DNA of 64,000 bases from Bdellovibrionales bacterium (GCA_965219095.1 OZ244719.1:610142-674141), one strand, 5' to 3'; positions 37,679 through 49,510 are shown, counted from the first letter of the stretch. Notes: generated by a model from the letters alone, not told the origin. A program made the numbers and translations.

Positions 37679-40047
37679 GGTTTTGTTGCACGCTGAGCCT
37701 CTGAACTTAACTAAGGTTTAGTGATTCATTGATAAACACAAGATGCTTTCCTGTAACCTAGTGTTCTGAGCAGTAATTTTTTTCACAATTTTCAAGCCTT
37801 TAATCCAGGTCATTTTATTAAATTATTTTTATGTTAAAAAGAATAAAAGTGAAATGCTTAGAGCTATACCAATTCCAAAAGTTAATTCTACATTTTCATG
37901 TATAAGTTTGGATTTTTACTTCTAGAAATTTATAACTTTTAAGTACAGGTAAAGAGTGTATCAAATTCATTGGAAAGATATGATTCTCTAATGTTTATAT
38001 ACAATTTAGTTTACAGGCTCTTACAGGCTCGTCTCACTTTTTATAATGGAACTTTTCTCTGGCCGATTTTCTTGAAAAATTCCATTATATTGTCATCTTC
38101 CGTCTGTTCATAATATTCACCCAAACCTTGGTTCTTTTTCTTAAAGTTTCTATGTCAGGTATTCTTAATTTTCCTAAACATTGACGAGAGTACATATTGA
38201 TTGCAATTTCTGCTTGATTTAACCAACTTCCATGATTCGGAGTGTAATGAACCTCAAAGCGAGACCATAGATGCAAACCTCGCTCTTTTCCATAAAAATC
38301 AGTAAGACTTTTTTTTCTATGAGTGTTCAAATTATCCATAACTAGAACAATCTTCTTGGAATCAGAATAATGTCTCTCAACAGAAGATAAAAACTTAGCA
38401 AAATCCGGACCTGTCCTTCTCTCTGTTACCTTATTCATATAAAAACCTCTCTTAGGCTCCACAGCACAGAAAACATTTGCTGTACCCTCTCTTTTATACT
38501 CATAATCTACTTTTTTTACTTCCGAGGGACGACACAACCCGATGGAGGACGAACATCATCAAGTAACTGAAGAGGCATCAATACACACAACAGGCTTTCC
38601 TTTAATCGGAGGCTTCTCATACACTTTCAAAACATCCTCCATCCTCTCTATAAATTCATCATTAAGCTCCGGTACACATCAGCTCTTCTATTGCCAAGGT
38701 TTTAGAGCATGTTCTAAAAGAATAGTCCTAACTTTTTCTTTGCTAATAGAGTCTACAATCTTGTTTTTTTCTGCCCTCTCTTTAATGAGCTCTAAAGTCC
38801 ATCGATCAAAGCCCTCCGGAGGATCTGAGCAGACCATAGCTATAATCTTTGACTTTATACGATCATCAAACTTTGGAGGTTTTCCAGGACGAGGATCATC
38901 TTCAAGGGCTTTTTTCAAACCAAAATCCTCATAGTTTTTTTGGATGTTGAAAACAGTTCTAGGAGTTATCTCTAAGTAATCTGCTGTCTCTACGGCAGTT
39001 AATCTTTTGTTCCTTAAGTTTAGAACATTGGCTCGATATATGGCTCTTGGATTTTTAGACTTCTTTATAATTTTAAGAATTTCTCTCTTATCTTTTGGCT
39101 TTAATAAATTTAACATATGAGTATTAAAACATAAAAAAATAAATAAATAAAATGACCTGGATTAAAGGCTTGAAAATCGTGAAAAAAATTACTGGTCAGA
39201 ACACTAGAGCCCTTAGAAATACAAAACAAGGATAGTTTGGGGGTTTTATAGGAAAATGTTCTAAAAAGATGGAAAAAATATAATAAAGAACTCGTTAAGT
39301 ATGGTTCTATTACTTTTTTGTTTTCTGATTACAGCACTGTATGTCGTTGTTTAAAGGACTGCTCTATAGAACTAGGGAAAATTAAATCAAAAGAAAAATG
39401 TATTGTGATTGATTCTACAGGCGTAAAAATTTATGGAGATGGAGAGTGGAGAGCAAAAAGTATGGTCCTTTAAAAAGAAGAAACTGGAAAAAGCTTCATC
39501 TATGTGTTGATGAAAAAAAGTGGCCAGATTGTAGCATCTACTCTAACGGACAATTTTCTGGGTGATTCGGAAATTTTTGGAGATTTATTAAGAGGTCTTG
39601 AAGATCATATTTTCAAAATCAGAGCAGTCCAGAGCTTATGATACTAAGGGTTGTTAGGATCATTAGTGAAAGAAAAAAAAATTCAAGCTGTAATTCCTCT
39701 AAGAAAGAGGGCCGGGATAAACCAACATGGAAATAATAAATCTCCACTAAAACAAAGAGATAAAGCGATCCGAGCCATATGTAAAAAAGGTAAAGAAGTT
39801 AGCAAAAAAGAAAATAACTACGCCTTGTCGTTTTATTGCTGAAACGACTATGTATCAATTCAAACAACTTCTTAGGAGCAAAACTTAATTCAAGAAATTT
39901 TATAAATCAAGCTAATGAAGCCTTCATAAAATACAAGATTCTCAATCAAATGAAAACCCCTTCAGCTATCAGACTCCAAACTCAATAGGAATGATGTCAC
40001 CTCAAGTGGAAACAACTTGATCTAAAATACTTATGTACAATAAAGCC
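37679..40047 (+). mobile_element. Decayed IS5-family (IS903-like) element interrupted by an IS630 element
   Basis: Ends ggttttgttgca / tgtacaataaagcc; fragments IDSTGVKIYG.GEW and RNWKKLHL; uninterrupted left-end homologue at about 56529-56690. Confidence 0.75.
37761..39204 (-). mobile_element. IS630-family element with ~55-bp TIRs and TA duplication; transposase broken (39116-38688, 38537-38085)
   Basis: TA|gtgttctgagcagtaatttttttcacaattttcaagcctttaatccaggtcattt...aaatgacctggattaaaggcttgaaaatcgtgaaaaaaattactggtcagaacac|TA; MDNLNTH, SWLNQAE. Confidence 0.85.
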
Positions 40048-40051
40048 TGCT

Positions 40052-40363
40052 TTATTTACACTCTAAGTATATGTTCATACTGCAACTTGAAGAGGCCCAG
40101 GCCCCACCTGTTTTTACTTGATCTATAATTTCCCCAGGCCTTCCTTGTAATCTATAACATTCATCTTGAGCGGCTGCTATTGCTTGGAATGACGCACAAG
40201 AACAAGTAGCTATAGTCCCTGCGCAGAAACCAGAGCCTGTTACAATTTTATTCTTACTATACCTATTGTTGTCGCCACTCATCGGTCCATTAGGGCCGAC
40301 TGCATAGGAATAGGAGGGTGAAAACATAGATAAGCTTAAAATCATAAATATAATTTTTTTCAT
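40052..40363 (-). CDS. Small secreted protein with six cysteines
   Basis: AGGAG RBS, signal peptide MKKIIFMILSLSMFSPSYSYA. Confidence 0.7.
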   Translation of the reverse strand: MKKIIFMILSLSMFSPSYSYAVGPNGPMSGDNNRYSKNKIVTGSGFCAGTIATCSCASFQAIAAAQDECYRLQGRPGEIIDQVKTGGAWASSSCSMNIYLECK

Positions 40364-40565
40364 TTTTTCTCCTTTCTTTTTGTATTTTGTTTCTGTCAAT
40401 CAGAATAATTGAATGGAATCATTTTTAAAACAGACAGAAGTGTACAAAAGTGGACATATAAATTTTTTAAAAAGGATTGTAAAAATAACAAAGATTATAG
40501 AAATAACAATAAATTGACATCCTCATATGGATGACCAATCAATCAAGCAAGAAAAGTAAGTCGGT

Positions 40566-40607
40566 GATCTTCCCCCAAAAAACTGTCCACTTTTTTGGGG
40601 GAAGATC
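40566..40607. repeat. Hairpin built from the IS3 terminal inverted repeat
   Basis: gatcttcccccaaaaaa-ctgtccac-ttttttgggggaagatc; reverse complement matches the IS end at 58234-58262. Confidence 0.8.
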
Positions 40608-40702
40608 GGGTAAACTGTAGAACTCTTTATAATCTCTGTTATTTTGTGAGTTGTTATTTAGAGCCTGTGAGAAAAAAGATCAAAGAGGAACTTTTTAAAC
40701 TA

Positions 40703-41979
40703 GTACAGCATAACATTAAATTTTAATATTTTCATAATGCCTCTTAAACTTATTTCTAGCCTTATTATTTGTAAACTGCCAATTAATTTTGATTCTGTCT
40801 TTGTTTCTCTTACGGGTCCAAGTTTCTACTTCTTTTTTTAGTTGTTCAAAACTTCCTATACGTCGGTTTAAACATTGCTTTGAAAGAGCCGAAAACTCGA
40901 TTTCTGCCATATTTAACCAACTGGCCTTTTTAGGAGTATAAATCATCTCAAGTCTATTTTTTAACTCCAAGGCCTTTTGAGCTGGCATGTTCTCATAAAA
41001 AGAAGAGCCATTGTGAGTGTTTAAATTATCTTGTATCAATGTGATCTTGTCTACGTCCTTATAATATAAGGACATTTTTCTCATGAAAAGAGCATAATCT
41101 TTCTTTGTTTTTCTCTTTCTTACCTCTACAATTCTTCTTCCACTCAATGGCTCTATGGCTAAGAACACAACACAGGTTCCATTTCTTTTGTAATGATAAT
41201 CCTCTCTTTTTTCTTTTCCAGGGCTTACAGGAACTGGCATCAAAACATCTTCTATCAATTGACAAGGACGCTCATCAAAACAAAGAACAGGACGATTAGA
41301 ATCTAGCTTTCTTTCATAAACTTCTAAAACAGACTCCATTTGGCAAATAAAATGAGAATCGATCTTGCTTAAACACCACTGTCTTTTTAAATGAGGTTTG
41401 ACTTCGTTTTTTTTAATATACGACCCACATGGGTGTGAGAAATAGAGTCTACAACATTTAACTCAACCAACTTATCAGATAGCATCTGTAAACTCCATCG
41501 ACCATAACCTTCAGGAGCTTTCGTACAAGCTAAACTCGTAATCTTCGTCCTTTGCTTCCCTGTAAACTTAGGAGGCTTTCCAGGACGAGGAGCATCATAA
41601 AGTGCTCTCCCTAATCCTCCCTTCAAGTACCCTTCTTTGATATTTTGAATAGTCCCTAAAGTTCTCACTCCAAGAATCTCACAAACCTCTGTGGAACCCT
41701 TCCCTTGATGGCTTAAAAGTAAAACCCTGGCTCGTGTTAAAACTCGAGACTGATTCACTCCCTTCTTCAACATCTTCTCTAATTTTGTCTTCTCTGAACT
41801 CTTTAACTTTATCCTTACTTTTGGCTTTCTTTTTGCTTTTGGATTTGCTCTTGCCTTTGTTTTTAATTTCATCTTTGATCTCATATCCCCTCCTTGGACT
41901 TTTTATTAAACTACAACAAATATTATAGGAACAACAAAAATACAAGTCAAATATATTGAAATTTAAGGTTATGCTGTAC
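40703..41979 (-). mobile_element. IS630-family element, apparently intact, transposase in two ORFs (41884-41387; 41339-40716) joined at an A8 slippery run
   Basis: TIRs gtacagcataac(a/c)ttaaa, flanking TA; FDE, QDNLNTH, SWLNMAEIE. Confidence 0.92.
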
Positions 41980-42229
41980 TAGACAAAACGATTCATAGTG
42001 AATACTTGTTGTGAGGCCTGGAATGCTTTTTGCGATCAAGAGGGCAGGATTAAAAAATTATGCACTTGATCTTGGGGAAACCAACAAGATGAACCAAGCT
42101 TGTAAATTAATTTTAACAGTGCTTTACCTTTTTAGGAATGTCGAAAACACACGCTGTTGTAAGATGAAAAATCAACAAAAAGGCTAACTTTACAAAAAAT
42201 TATGAATTGTACAACAAAGCCGATTGAAG

Positions 42230-42304
42230 TGGCGTTCCCTACGGGACTCGAACCCGTGTCTTCACCGTGAAAGGGTGGTATCCTAACCGCTAGACGAAGG
42301 GAAC
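42230..42304 (-). tRNA. tRNA-Glu(TTC)
   Basis: gttcccttcgtctagcggttaggataccaccctttcacggtgaagacacgggttcgagtcccgtagggaacgcca. Confidence 0.95.
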
Positions 42305-42771
42305 TCCAGAAAAACTCTCTCATGAACTAAGCTTATGGTCAAGATTCATTGGCTGCTTCGCCCTAAGATAGTAGACCTTAACCCTTTAATAATTGGAAGA
42401 GAGGTCAAGTTGCAGTAGTGGAGATCAAAAGCTTGAACTTGAAGAACTGGTAATTTTGCAAATAAGTCAGAATTCTTTTTGGTGATTTGCTAAACTCTTT
42501 ATTGAGCTTAGCTATCAAATAGAAACAAGAGGCAAGGCTATGTTTTAATACCAAAGATAGTGGGATCTATTATGAGTTTCTTTTAATCTATACTTTCGTA
42601 GAGAGGCTTGATTTCCTATGAAAATGATTATTATGAAGATTTATAATAATACGATCAGGAATTATAGAAGTTCAATTATTAAAGTCAATTAGAAAGCTTT
42701 TTTCTCATAGGGATGACCAGTCTTTTTGAAAGGCTTGTCATTCATATTTTCTTTTTTTCATAGATAATTTC

Positions 42772-42847
42772 TGGTGACCCGCCTAGGATTCGAACCTAGG
42801 ACCCTCTCCTTAAAAGGGAGATGCTCTACCAACTGAGCTAGCGGATC
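42772..42847 (-). tRNA. tRNA-Lys(TTT)
   Basis: gatccgctagctcagttggtagagcatctcccttttaaggagagggtcctaggttcgaatcctaggcgggtcacca. Confidence 0.96.
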
Positions 42848-42959
42848 TCACCCAATTTACAAACTACAAGAGTTTTCGTCAATAAAAACCAGTCTAAACA
42901 AGTGAATTTTTTAATAAAATCCCTTTTCTACAAAAACCTTTTCTTATAAAATAAAACAT

Positions 42960-43727
42960 ATGAAAGAGATAAAGAGTGTTTTTTCCTATTTGCTTATCAT
43001 TGCACTGTGTATGAGCAGTCTTTTTTTGTTGAAAAAAAATGAAAAACCTTTTGAGAGAAAAGAAGCCGAAACTTATATTTATCCTCCTGAGTCTATTGAA
43101 CATATGGTTTTAGGTTACAATGAGGTCTTAGCTGACAGTCTTTGGCTAAGGTGGATTCAAAGTATCGATCTTTGTGGTAAAAACACCATAACAAGACAAG
43201 ATTATGAAAAAAAATTAATCGAAATGAGTCCCTCTGCCGAGGAATTCAAAAAAGCTAAAGACCTTGTCGTTTTAAAAGGTCATTTTGAAAACAAAAAACC
43301 TGTATGTAACAAAGGCTGGTCTTTTAAAATTTTAAAAGCTATCACTTATTTAGCACCCAAGTTCATTTTACCTTATACAGCAGGAGCTAGTGCTTTAAGT
43401 GTTATCACTGAAGACCATTTAGGGGCTAAGAGCCTTTTCGATAGAGGAAATCAACTTCATCCTGACAACTGGAGGATTTCCTTTTATGGTGCTTACCATT
43501 ATTTGTATGAACTCTATAATGTGAAGAAGGCTGCTGACCTTATGTTACAATCAGCTAGAACAGGGGGACAATCTTGGTTTTATCATTTAGCTTCCAGTCT
43601 TTACACACAATCCGGTCAAGCTCAATTAGGCCTTTCTATCTTGAAAACACAACTCAAAAATACTAGGGACAAAAAAGATCGAAAAAAAATTTTAGAAAAG
43701 ATAGAAAAGCTGAAGAAATCACTTTAG
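42960..43727 (+). CDS. Membrane-anchored hypothetical protein, TPR-like
   Basis: N-terminal TM, LGYNEVLADSLWLRWIQ, helical repeats. Confidence 0.75.
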   Translation: MKEIKSVFSYLLIIALCMSSLFLLKKNEKPFERKEAETYIYPPESIEHMVLGYNEVLADSLWLRWIQSIDLCGKNTITRQDYEKKLIEMSPSAEEFKKAKDLVVLKGHFENKKPVCNKGWSFKILKAITYLAPKFILPYTAGASALSVITEDHLGAKSLFDRGNQLHPDNWRISFYGAYHYLYELYNVKKAADLMLQSARTGGQSWFYHLASSLYTQSGQAQLGLSILKTQLKNTRDKKDRKKILEKIEKLKKSL

Positions 43728-43796
43728 AAAGCTTAAAAAATTTCACAGAGTGTTTTTTTAACTTGACTCTTTTGGTTCTCAATACATATTAAGTCT

Positions 43797-44876
43797 ATGG
43801 TTTCACGAAATTATTACGAAGTTTTAGGAGTGAATCGAGGTGATGATGAAAAAACTATTAAAGCTGCTTATCGTAAAATGGCTTTGAAGTATCACCCTGA
43901 TCGAAATCTAGGCGATAAACAGGCTGAAGAGAAATTCAAAGAAGCGGCCAACGCCTATAGCGTTTTAAGTGATCCTGAAAAAAAAACTCGTTATGATCAA
44001 TTCGGCCATTCAGGTGTGGAAGGACCTGGGGAAGCTAGTGGATTTCACAATGTAAGTGACATTTTTGATAGTTTTGGGGATATCTTTTCTAGCTTTTTTG
44101 ATGGCACAGCAGGAGGAGGATTTGGAAGAGGTTTCAGACAAAGACAAAGGGGTCAGGACTTTCGTTATCATTTAGAGGTGGGCTTAGAAACTATTTTAGA
44201 AGATTCCGAACAAGTGATTCAATTTGGCTTTGAAGATGTCTGTAAGAAATGTAAGGGTACAGGAGCTTATGAAGGTAGAGCTCTAAAAACCTGCTCCTAT
44301 TGTGGTGGACAGGGTCAAGTTCACCAAAAACAAGGGTTCTTTTTTATGTCTACAACTTGCAAGGTGTGTCATGGCTTAGGGCAACAGATTGAAAAGAAAT
44401 GTAAAAACTGTCGTGGAACAGGCCAATCAGAAGCTCATAGAAAAATTAAAGTCAAAATTCCTAAAGGAATCTCTTCTGGAACACAATTGCGTTTAGCAGG
44501 AGAAGGGGGAAGTGGGCAAAAAGGAGCCCCCTCAGGGGATCTTTATGTAGAAATTTTTGTGAAACATCATAAAAAATTTGAAAGAAGGGGAGAGCATCTT
44601 ATAGCAAGATTAAAGATCTCTTACCTTCAAGCTCTTTTAGGGGCTAAAATTAAGGTAAAAAATTTACGTGGCCAAACAAAAGAACTGACCCTTCCTAAAG
44701 GGACAAAGCACAATGACACCTTGAGACTTCGAGGCGAAGGGCTTTATTCAAGAGGCTTTTCTAAAGGAGACTTATTGTTTCATGTAGCTGTTGAGTGGCC
44801 TGAGAAGTTAAATAAAAAAGAAGAAAAATTGTTGCGTGAAATCGCTGATATAAAAAGAGAAAATGTTTCAAAATGA
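43797..44876 (+). CDS. dnaJ: Chaperone DnaJ
   Basis: J domain HPD, G/F region, four CxxCxGxG. Confidence 0.98.
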   Translation: MVSRNYYEVLGVNRGDDEKTIKAAYRKMALKYHPDRNLGDKQAEEKFKEAANAYSVLSDPEKKTRYDQFGHSGVEGPGEASGFHNVSDIFDSFGDIFSSFFDGTAGGGFGRGFRQRQRGQDFRYHLEVGLETILEDSEQVIQFGFEDVCKKCKGTGAYEGRALKTCSYCGGQGQVHQKQGFFFMSTTCKVCHGLGQQIEKKCKNCRGTGQSEAHRKIKVKIPKGISSGTQLRLAGEGGSGQKGAPSGDLYVEIFVKHHKKFERRGEHLIARLKISYLQALLGAKIKVKNLRGQTKELTLPKGTKHNDTLRLRGEGLYSRGFSKGDLLFHVAVEWPEKLNKKEEKLLREIADIKRENVSK

Positions 44877-44945
44877 GTCTATATCTTGACATCTTTTAGA
44901 AAAGACTCATTTTGAAATAAAAGAAAATGAAAGGAGATTAAAATT

Positions 44946-46889
44946 ATGAGTGAAAGAATTATAGGGATTGATTTAGGAACAACAAACTCATGTGTTGCTA
45001 TTGTTGAGGCTCAGGGCAAGGGAGCAAAGGTTCTTTTCAATGAAGAGGGAGAAAGGACAACGCCTTCCGTTGTATCATGGACAAAAGAAGGAGAAAAAAC
45101 AGTAGGTCACTTAGCCAAAAGACAAGCCATAACTAACCCTGAGAATACTATTTTTTCCTCAAAAAGATTTATTGGGAATAAATTTGAAGAAGTAGAAGGA
45201 GAGATCAAAAGGGTTCCTTATAAAATTGTTAAAAAAGAAAATGGAGATTGTGCTGTTGAACTATCCTCTGGAAAAAAAATGTCTCCAGAAGAAATAGGGG
45301 CTTCTGTTTTAGCAAAACTTAAAAAAGTTGCAGAAGATTATCTAGGGGAACCAATCACAAAGGCTGTGATAACAGTTCCTGCTTACTTTAACGATGCTCA
45401 AAGACAAGCCACCAAAGATGCAGGAAAAATTGCAGGCCTTCAGGTAGAACGTATTATTAATGAGCCTACAGCAGCAGCTCTTGCTTACGGATTGGATAAA
45501 AAAACAAATGAAAAAGTTGCTGTTTTTGATTTTGGTGGAGGAACTTTTGATATTTCCATACTAGATATAGGAGATAATCTTGTTGAAGTGAAATCTACAA
45601 ATGGTGATAGCCACCTTGGAGGAGATAACTTTGATAATATGATTTTAGATTGGCTTGTAGAAAATTTTAAAAAAGATACAGGAATTGATCTTTTAAAAGA
45701 TACTATGGCTTTACAAAGACTTAAAGACGCTGCTGAAAAAGCAAAAATTGAATTGAGTACGATTCAAGAAACAGAGATCAATTTACCCTTCATTACAGCG
45801 ATTTCTTCTGAACCCAAACATTTAACAGCTAAGCTTTCTCGGGCTAAATTTGAACAGATGACAGAGAGTTTAATTCAAAGATCTATTAAGCTTTGTAAAT
45901 TGGCTCTTCAAGATGCTAAAATGTCTCCTAAAGACATCAACGAAGTCATTCTTGTGGGAGGAACAACAAGAATTCCAAGTGTACAAACTGCCATAAAACA
46001 ACTTTTCGAAAAAGAACCTAACAAATCAGTTAATCCTGATGAAGTAGTAGCCATGGGAGCTGCAATTCAAGGAGGTGTTTTAAGCGGTGATATTAAAGAG
46101 GTTTTGCTTTTAGATGTAACTCCCCTTTCTTTAGGTATTGAAACCTTAGGAGGAGTGATGACAAAGCTTATTGATAGAAACACCACTTTACCAACTCGCA
46201 AGTCACAAGTTTTTTCAACAGCAGCAGATAATCAACAAACAGTTGATGTAGTTGTTCTGCAAGGTGAACGTGAAATGGCACAAGATAATAAACTTTTAGG
46301 AAGATTTGAATTAGGAGGCATCCCCTTAGCTCCTAGAGGAGTTCCTCAGATTGAAGTAGCCTTTGACATTGATACAAATGGAATTATTAACGTATCAGCA
46401 AAAGATCTAAAAACAGGTAAAGCTCAAAAAATCGAAATTAAAACTAAAACAGGTCTAAGCGAAAAAGAAGTTGAAGAAATGGTCAAAGAAGCAGAACTTT
46501 ATGCAGAAGAGGATAAAAGAAAAAAAGACCTTGTTTTTGCACGAAACGATTTAGACAACTTGATCTATCAATCAGAAAAAATGCTCACAGAACAAGGTAA
46601 AGATGCTGACAGTAACCTTAAAAAAGATATGACAGAGGTCATTAAGAAAGCTAAAGGTGTCATCGGAGACTCTAGTGACATTAGTGCTCTTCGTGCACAA
46701 TATGATGATTTATCAAAAGTTAGTCAGTCTTTCTCTCAAGCTCTCTACGATAAAAAAACCACAACAGAGGAAAAAGATGGAAATTCAACAAGCGGAAATT
46801 CAACTGAGGCTGAGAGTCAGGATCATTCTAACGAAAAGATTATTGATGCCGAATACAAAGATGTTAATGATAACACATCATCAAAGTAA
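44946..46889 (+). CDS. dnaK: Chaperone DnaK
   Basis: [25 protein letters not shown]. Confidence 0.99.
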   Translation: MSERIIGIDLGTTNSCVAIVEAQGKGAKVLFNEEGERTTPSVVSWTKEGEKTVGHLAKRQAITNPENTIFSSKRFIGNKFEEVEGEIKRVPYKIVKKENGDCAVELSSGKKMSPEEIGASVLAKLKKVAEDYLGEPITKAVITVPAYFNDAQRQATKDAGKIAGLQVERIINEPTAAALAYGLDKKTNEKVAVFDFGGGTFDISILDIGDNLVEVKSTNGDSHLGGDNFDNMILDWLVENFKKDTGIDLLKDTMALQRLKDAAEKAKIELSTIQETEINLPFITAISSEPKHLTAKLSRAKFEQMTESLIQRSIKLCKLALQDAKMSPKDINEVILVGGTTRIPSVQTAIKQLFEKEPNKSVNPDEVVAMGAAIQGGVLSGDIKEVLLLDVTPLSLGIETLGGVMTKLIDRNTTLPTRKSQVFSTAADNQQTVDVVVLQGEREMAQDNKLLGRFELGGIPLAPRGVPQIEVAFDIDTNGIINVSAKDLKTGKAQKIEIKTKTGLSEKEVEEMVKEAELYAEEDKRKKDLVFARNDLDNLIYQSEKMLTEQGKDADSNLKKDMTEVIKKAKGVIGDSSDISALRAQYDDLSKVSQSFSQALYDKKTTTEEKDGNSTSGNSTEAESQDHSNEKIIDAEYKDVNDNTSSK

Positions 46890-46890
46890 A

Positions 46891-46958
46891 TTAAAAAAGC
46901 TCATCTTACTAAAAAAGCACCTTTTAAGGTGCTTTTTTAGTAAGATGAGCTTTTTTAA
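46891..46958. terminator. 68-bp near-perfect palindrome, probable bidirectional terminator between dnaK and tig
   Basis: ttaaaaaagctcatcttactaaaaaagcacctt-tt-aaggtgcttttttagtaagatgagcttttttaa. Confidence 0.8.
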
Positions 46959-47093
46959 AGCAAGGTTTTTGTAATAAAAAATGCCTTATTTTGAGTAATA
47001 CGTCTCGTCTGCACCTTGCCTCACTAACAGGTGTATTTGGTTTAATTGGTTTAAAAGGTAAAATTTTCTAAAATGATAAGGAAAAAAACAGCC

Positions 47094-48512
47094 TTAAAGG
47101 TTAATCTCCTTAGAACTTCTTTTATAAAGATTTATTATCTTTCTGTAAGTATTTTTGATAGGAGAAACACTTATACGAAAGAGTCGTTTGATAAATTGAA
47201 GACAATTGAAATATCGTGATTTAAATGATGAAATTTTTTGTAAAGAATCGAGGTCAATGTGATTTTCCCTCAAAACAATATCTACAATTGCATCCTTGAA
47301 CATCTTTTCTCTTATGTCATCCTTGATTTGTATAATTTTACTCTCTTCGAAGGATTCATCAGGAAATATCCTTAAAAACTCTTCTTCAACATCGATAAAT
47401 ATATTTTCTTGTCTTGCCAAATCAGCTAACAATTTCTGAGAGTGAAGAACTTCTTTAGCTTCTTGTTCGAAATGATCCTCGCGTTGCTCTATATATTCCT
47501 CAATATATGCTTTATTTGCTCCTCTTTTTTTCAGAAAATGAGTAACGTCATCATATATCATTTGAATTTTGGTTTTTAAAAAATTAGGGGGGAAGCTTTC
47601 AATTTTATTTTTGTCCCTTAAAGCCTTTAAAATATTTTCCATGAGATTCTCTTTTGCTTGCTTTTCTTTTTCTTGAAGAATAGCTTCTTTAATATCTTGT
47701 TTTAATTCTTCTGGAGTGTTCAAAGAAGAATTAATTTTTTGAATAAATTCCTTATTTACCTCTGGTAAAACTTTTTTAAAAATCCTCCTTACTTTAACTG
47801 TAAAAATAGCTGTTCGGCCAGCAAGAAATAATTCTTGGTAGTGTTTAGGAAATCTCACAAGAAACGTTTTTTCTTCTCCCATCTTCATCCCTGTAATCCC
47901 TTCTTCAAAGTCTTTTAACAACTTTATTATTGGACTTCCGATTTCTAGACGGATGTTTTGAACTTTGCTTCCTTTAAAGGGTTTCCCATCAACAGTTGCT
48001 GAATAATCAATTGAAAGAGCATCTTTATCTTGGGAGGGGCGATCCTCTAAAATAAGAATATAAGAGGCTTCTTGTTCACGAAGTTCTTCAAGGCGCTTTT
48101 CGCATTCTTCTTCACTGACTTTGAAATCTCCAATATTTATATCAAGAGATTTTATTTGAACCTTGTTTTGAGGCCAGACCTCAATTTTTGCTTGAAATTC
48201 AAAATCTTTTCCCATTTCAATTTCACTAAAATCAATTTTTGGAAGACCAATAGGAATTACATTGTGGCTCATTACAGCTTCTTCAAAAGAACGGTTAATG
48301 ATTTCTTGCAACACATCGTTATAAACATGGTGCTTATAATTTTTACAGATCAGATGAAAAGGGGCTTTCCCTTTACGAAAACCATGTATTTTTGCCTTTT
48401 TCTGTATAGAATGATATTTTTTTTCAAAAACCGAGTCCACCTTTTTTTGAGAAACAAAAACGTTAAATTGTTTTCTTGATTTATCTAAATTTTTTATTGT
48501 ACTGTTTATCAT
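47094..48512 (-). CDS. tig: Trigger factor
   Basis: GFRKGKAP ribosome-binding motif, FKBP-like domain. Confidence 0.93.
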   Translation of the reverse strand: MINSTIKNLDKSRKQFNVFVSQKKVDSVFEKKYHSIQKKAKIHGFRKGKAPFHLICKNYKHHVYNDVLQEIINRSFEEAVMSHNVIPIGLPKIDFSEIEMGKDFEFQAKIEVWPQNKVQIKSLDINIGDFKVSEEECEKRLEELREQEASYILILEDRPSQDKDALSIDYSATVDGKPFKGSKVQNIRLEIGSPIIKLLKDFEEGITGMKMGEEKTFLVRFPKHYQELFLAGRTAIFTVKVRRIFKKVLPEVNKEFIQKINSSLNTPEELKQDIKEAILQEKEKQAKENLMENILKALRDKNKIESFPPNFLKTKIQMIYDDVTHFLKKRGANKAYIEEYIEQREDHFEQEAKEVLHSQKLLADLARQENIFIDVEEEFLRIFPDESFEESKIIQIKDDIREKMFKDAIVDIVLRENHIDLDSLQKISSFKSRYFNCLQFIKRLFRISVSPIKNTYRKIINLYKRSSKEINL

Positions 48513-48697
48513 AAAAGACCTCCTTCTTGTACCACTTAAAGAAATTTTGATAGCACTGCCTTAATCTTGCCTTGCAAAAAACCTTGGACTAAAAGCAACT
48601 ACTTTAAAGATTAGATTCAAATAGCCTTAAAAACAAGAATGACGCAAGGCAATTTTTTTTATCTTTTAGCACTTAAAATGGTTAAACTTAAAGAACT

Positions 48698-49510
48698 ATA
48701 AAGAATCAAAGAATTAAAGTTTTTTTTGTAACAGGTAAAGGAGGGGTGGGAAAGACTTTTATCTCCTTAGCCCTTACAAAGGCTTTTATAAAATGCGGTT
48801 TAAAAACTAAATGTGTTGCTTTCAATGCTCCGGATGATTCTTTAGAGGGTTTTTCTGTGGAACATTATTCTGTGACAGAGTGTCTTACAGAGTACTTAAG
48901 CCACTTTATTCCAGCAAAAAAAATCATTCATAAAGCCTTGTCTAATAAACTTTCTTCAGTTGTATTAAATGTAACTCCAGGCCTCACAGACATGGCACGT
49001 TTAGGTAAAATTACAAGTGGTCCAAGAGGTTTTGGAGTTCCCATTAAAGAAGATATTATTGTTGTTGATTCTTATTCAACAGGGTATTTTCAAACCCTTT
49101 TGAAAGCACCACAGTCATTTTATGATATTGTGCCTTTAGGTTATATAAAAAAAATATGTCAAGAAATCAAAGAAGTCCTCAAAGAATCTCATTTTATAGT
49201 GACATCTTTACCTGAAGCTTGGTCTTTGATGGAAACTGAAGATACGTTTAACTTTCTTAACAGATGGGGGGCAAAACATGTGTATCACTTCACAAATCGT
49301 ATTTTCAAAGAGGATTTAACTGATGAACTGCAACAATGGCTTAAGAAACCTAAGCTTATGTCTTTTTATGAGAAAAAATACTTAGATCAAACAAAAATTC
49401 TTAAAAATATCAAAAGAGATGTAGATTTATCTCAGATCGATAAAACATCTCATTTAGAGGTGATAGAGAGTTTGTCTAAGGAGTTGGAGGTCTTTTGCAA
49501 AACCTTTTAA
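48698..49510 (+). CDS. ArsA/GET3-like ATPase (first of a pair); start uncertain
   Basis: In-frame FVTGKGGVGKT begins upstream of GTG 48746; PGL.D, VVDS.STG, VTSLPE. Confidence 0.8.
   Translation: MKNQRIKVFFVTGKGGVGKTFISLALTKAFIKCGLKTKCVAFNAPDDSLEGFSVEHYSVTECLTEYLSHFIPAKKIIHKALSNKLSSVVLNVTPGLTDMARLGKITSGPRGFGVPIKEDIIVVDSYSTGYFQTLLKAPQSFYDIVPLGYIKKICQEIKEVLKESHFIVTSLPEAWSLMETEDTFNFLNRWGAKHVYHFTNRIFKEDLTDELQQWLKKPKLMSFYEKKYLDQTKILKNIKRDVDLSQIDKTSHLEVIESLSKELEVFCKTF

Noticed and set aside
39158..39170. TGGATTAA+AGG in the IS630 TIR as target of the putative protease-derived guide
   Set aside because: Only an 8-nt match, expected by chance, and the PAM may not be NGG.
42132..42323. 63-aa ORF
   Set aside because: Overlaps tRNA-Glu.
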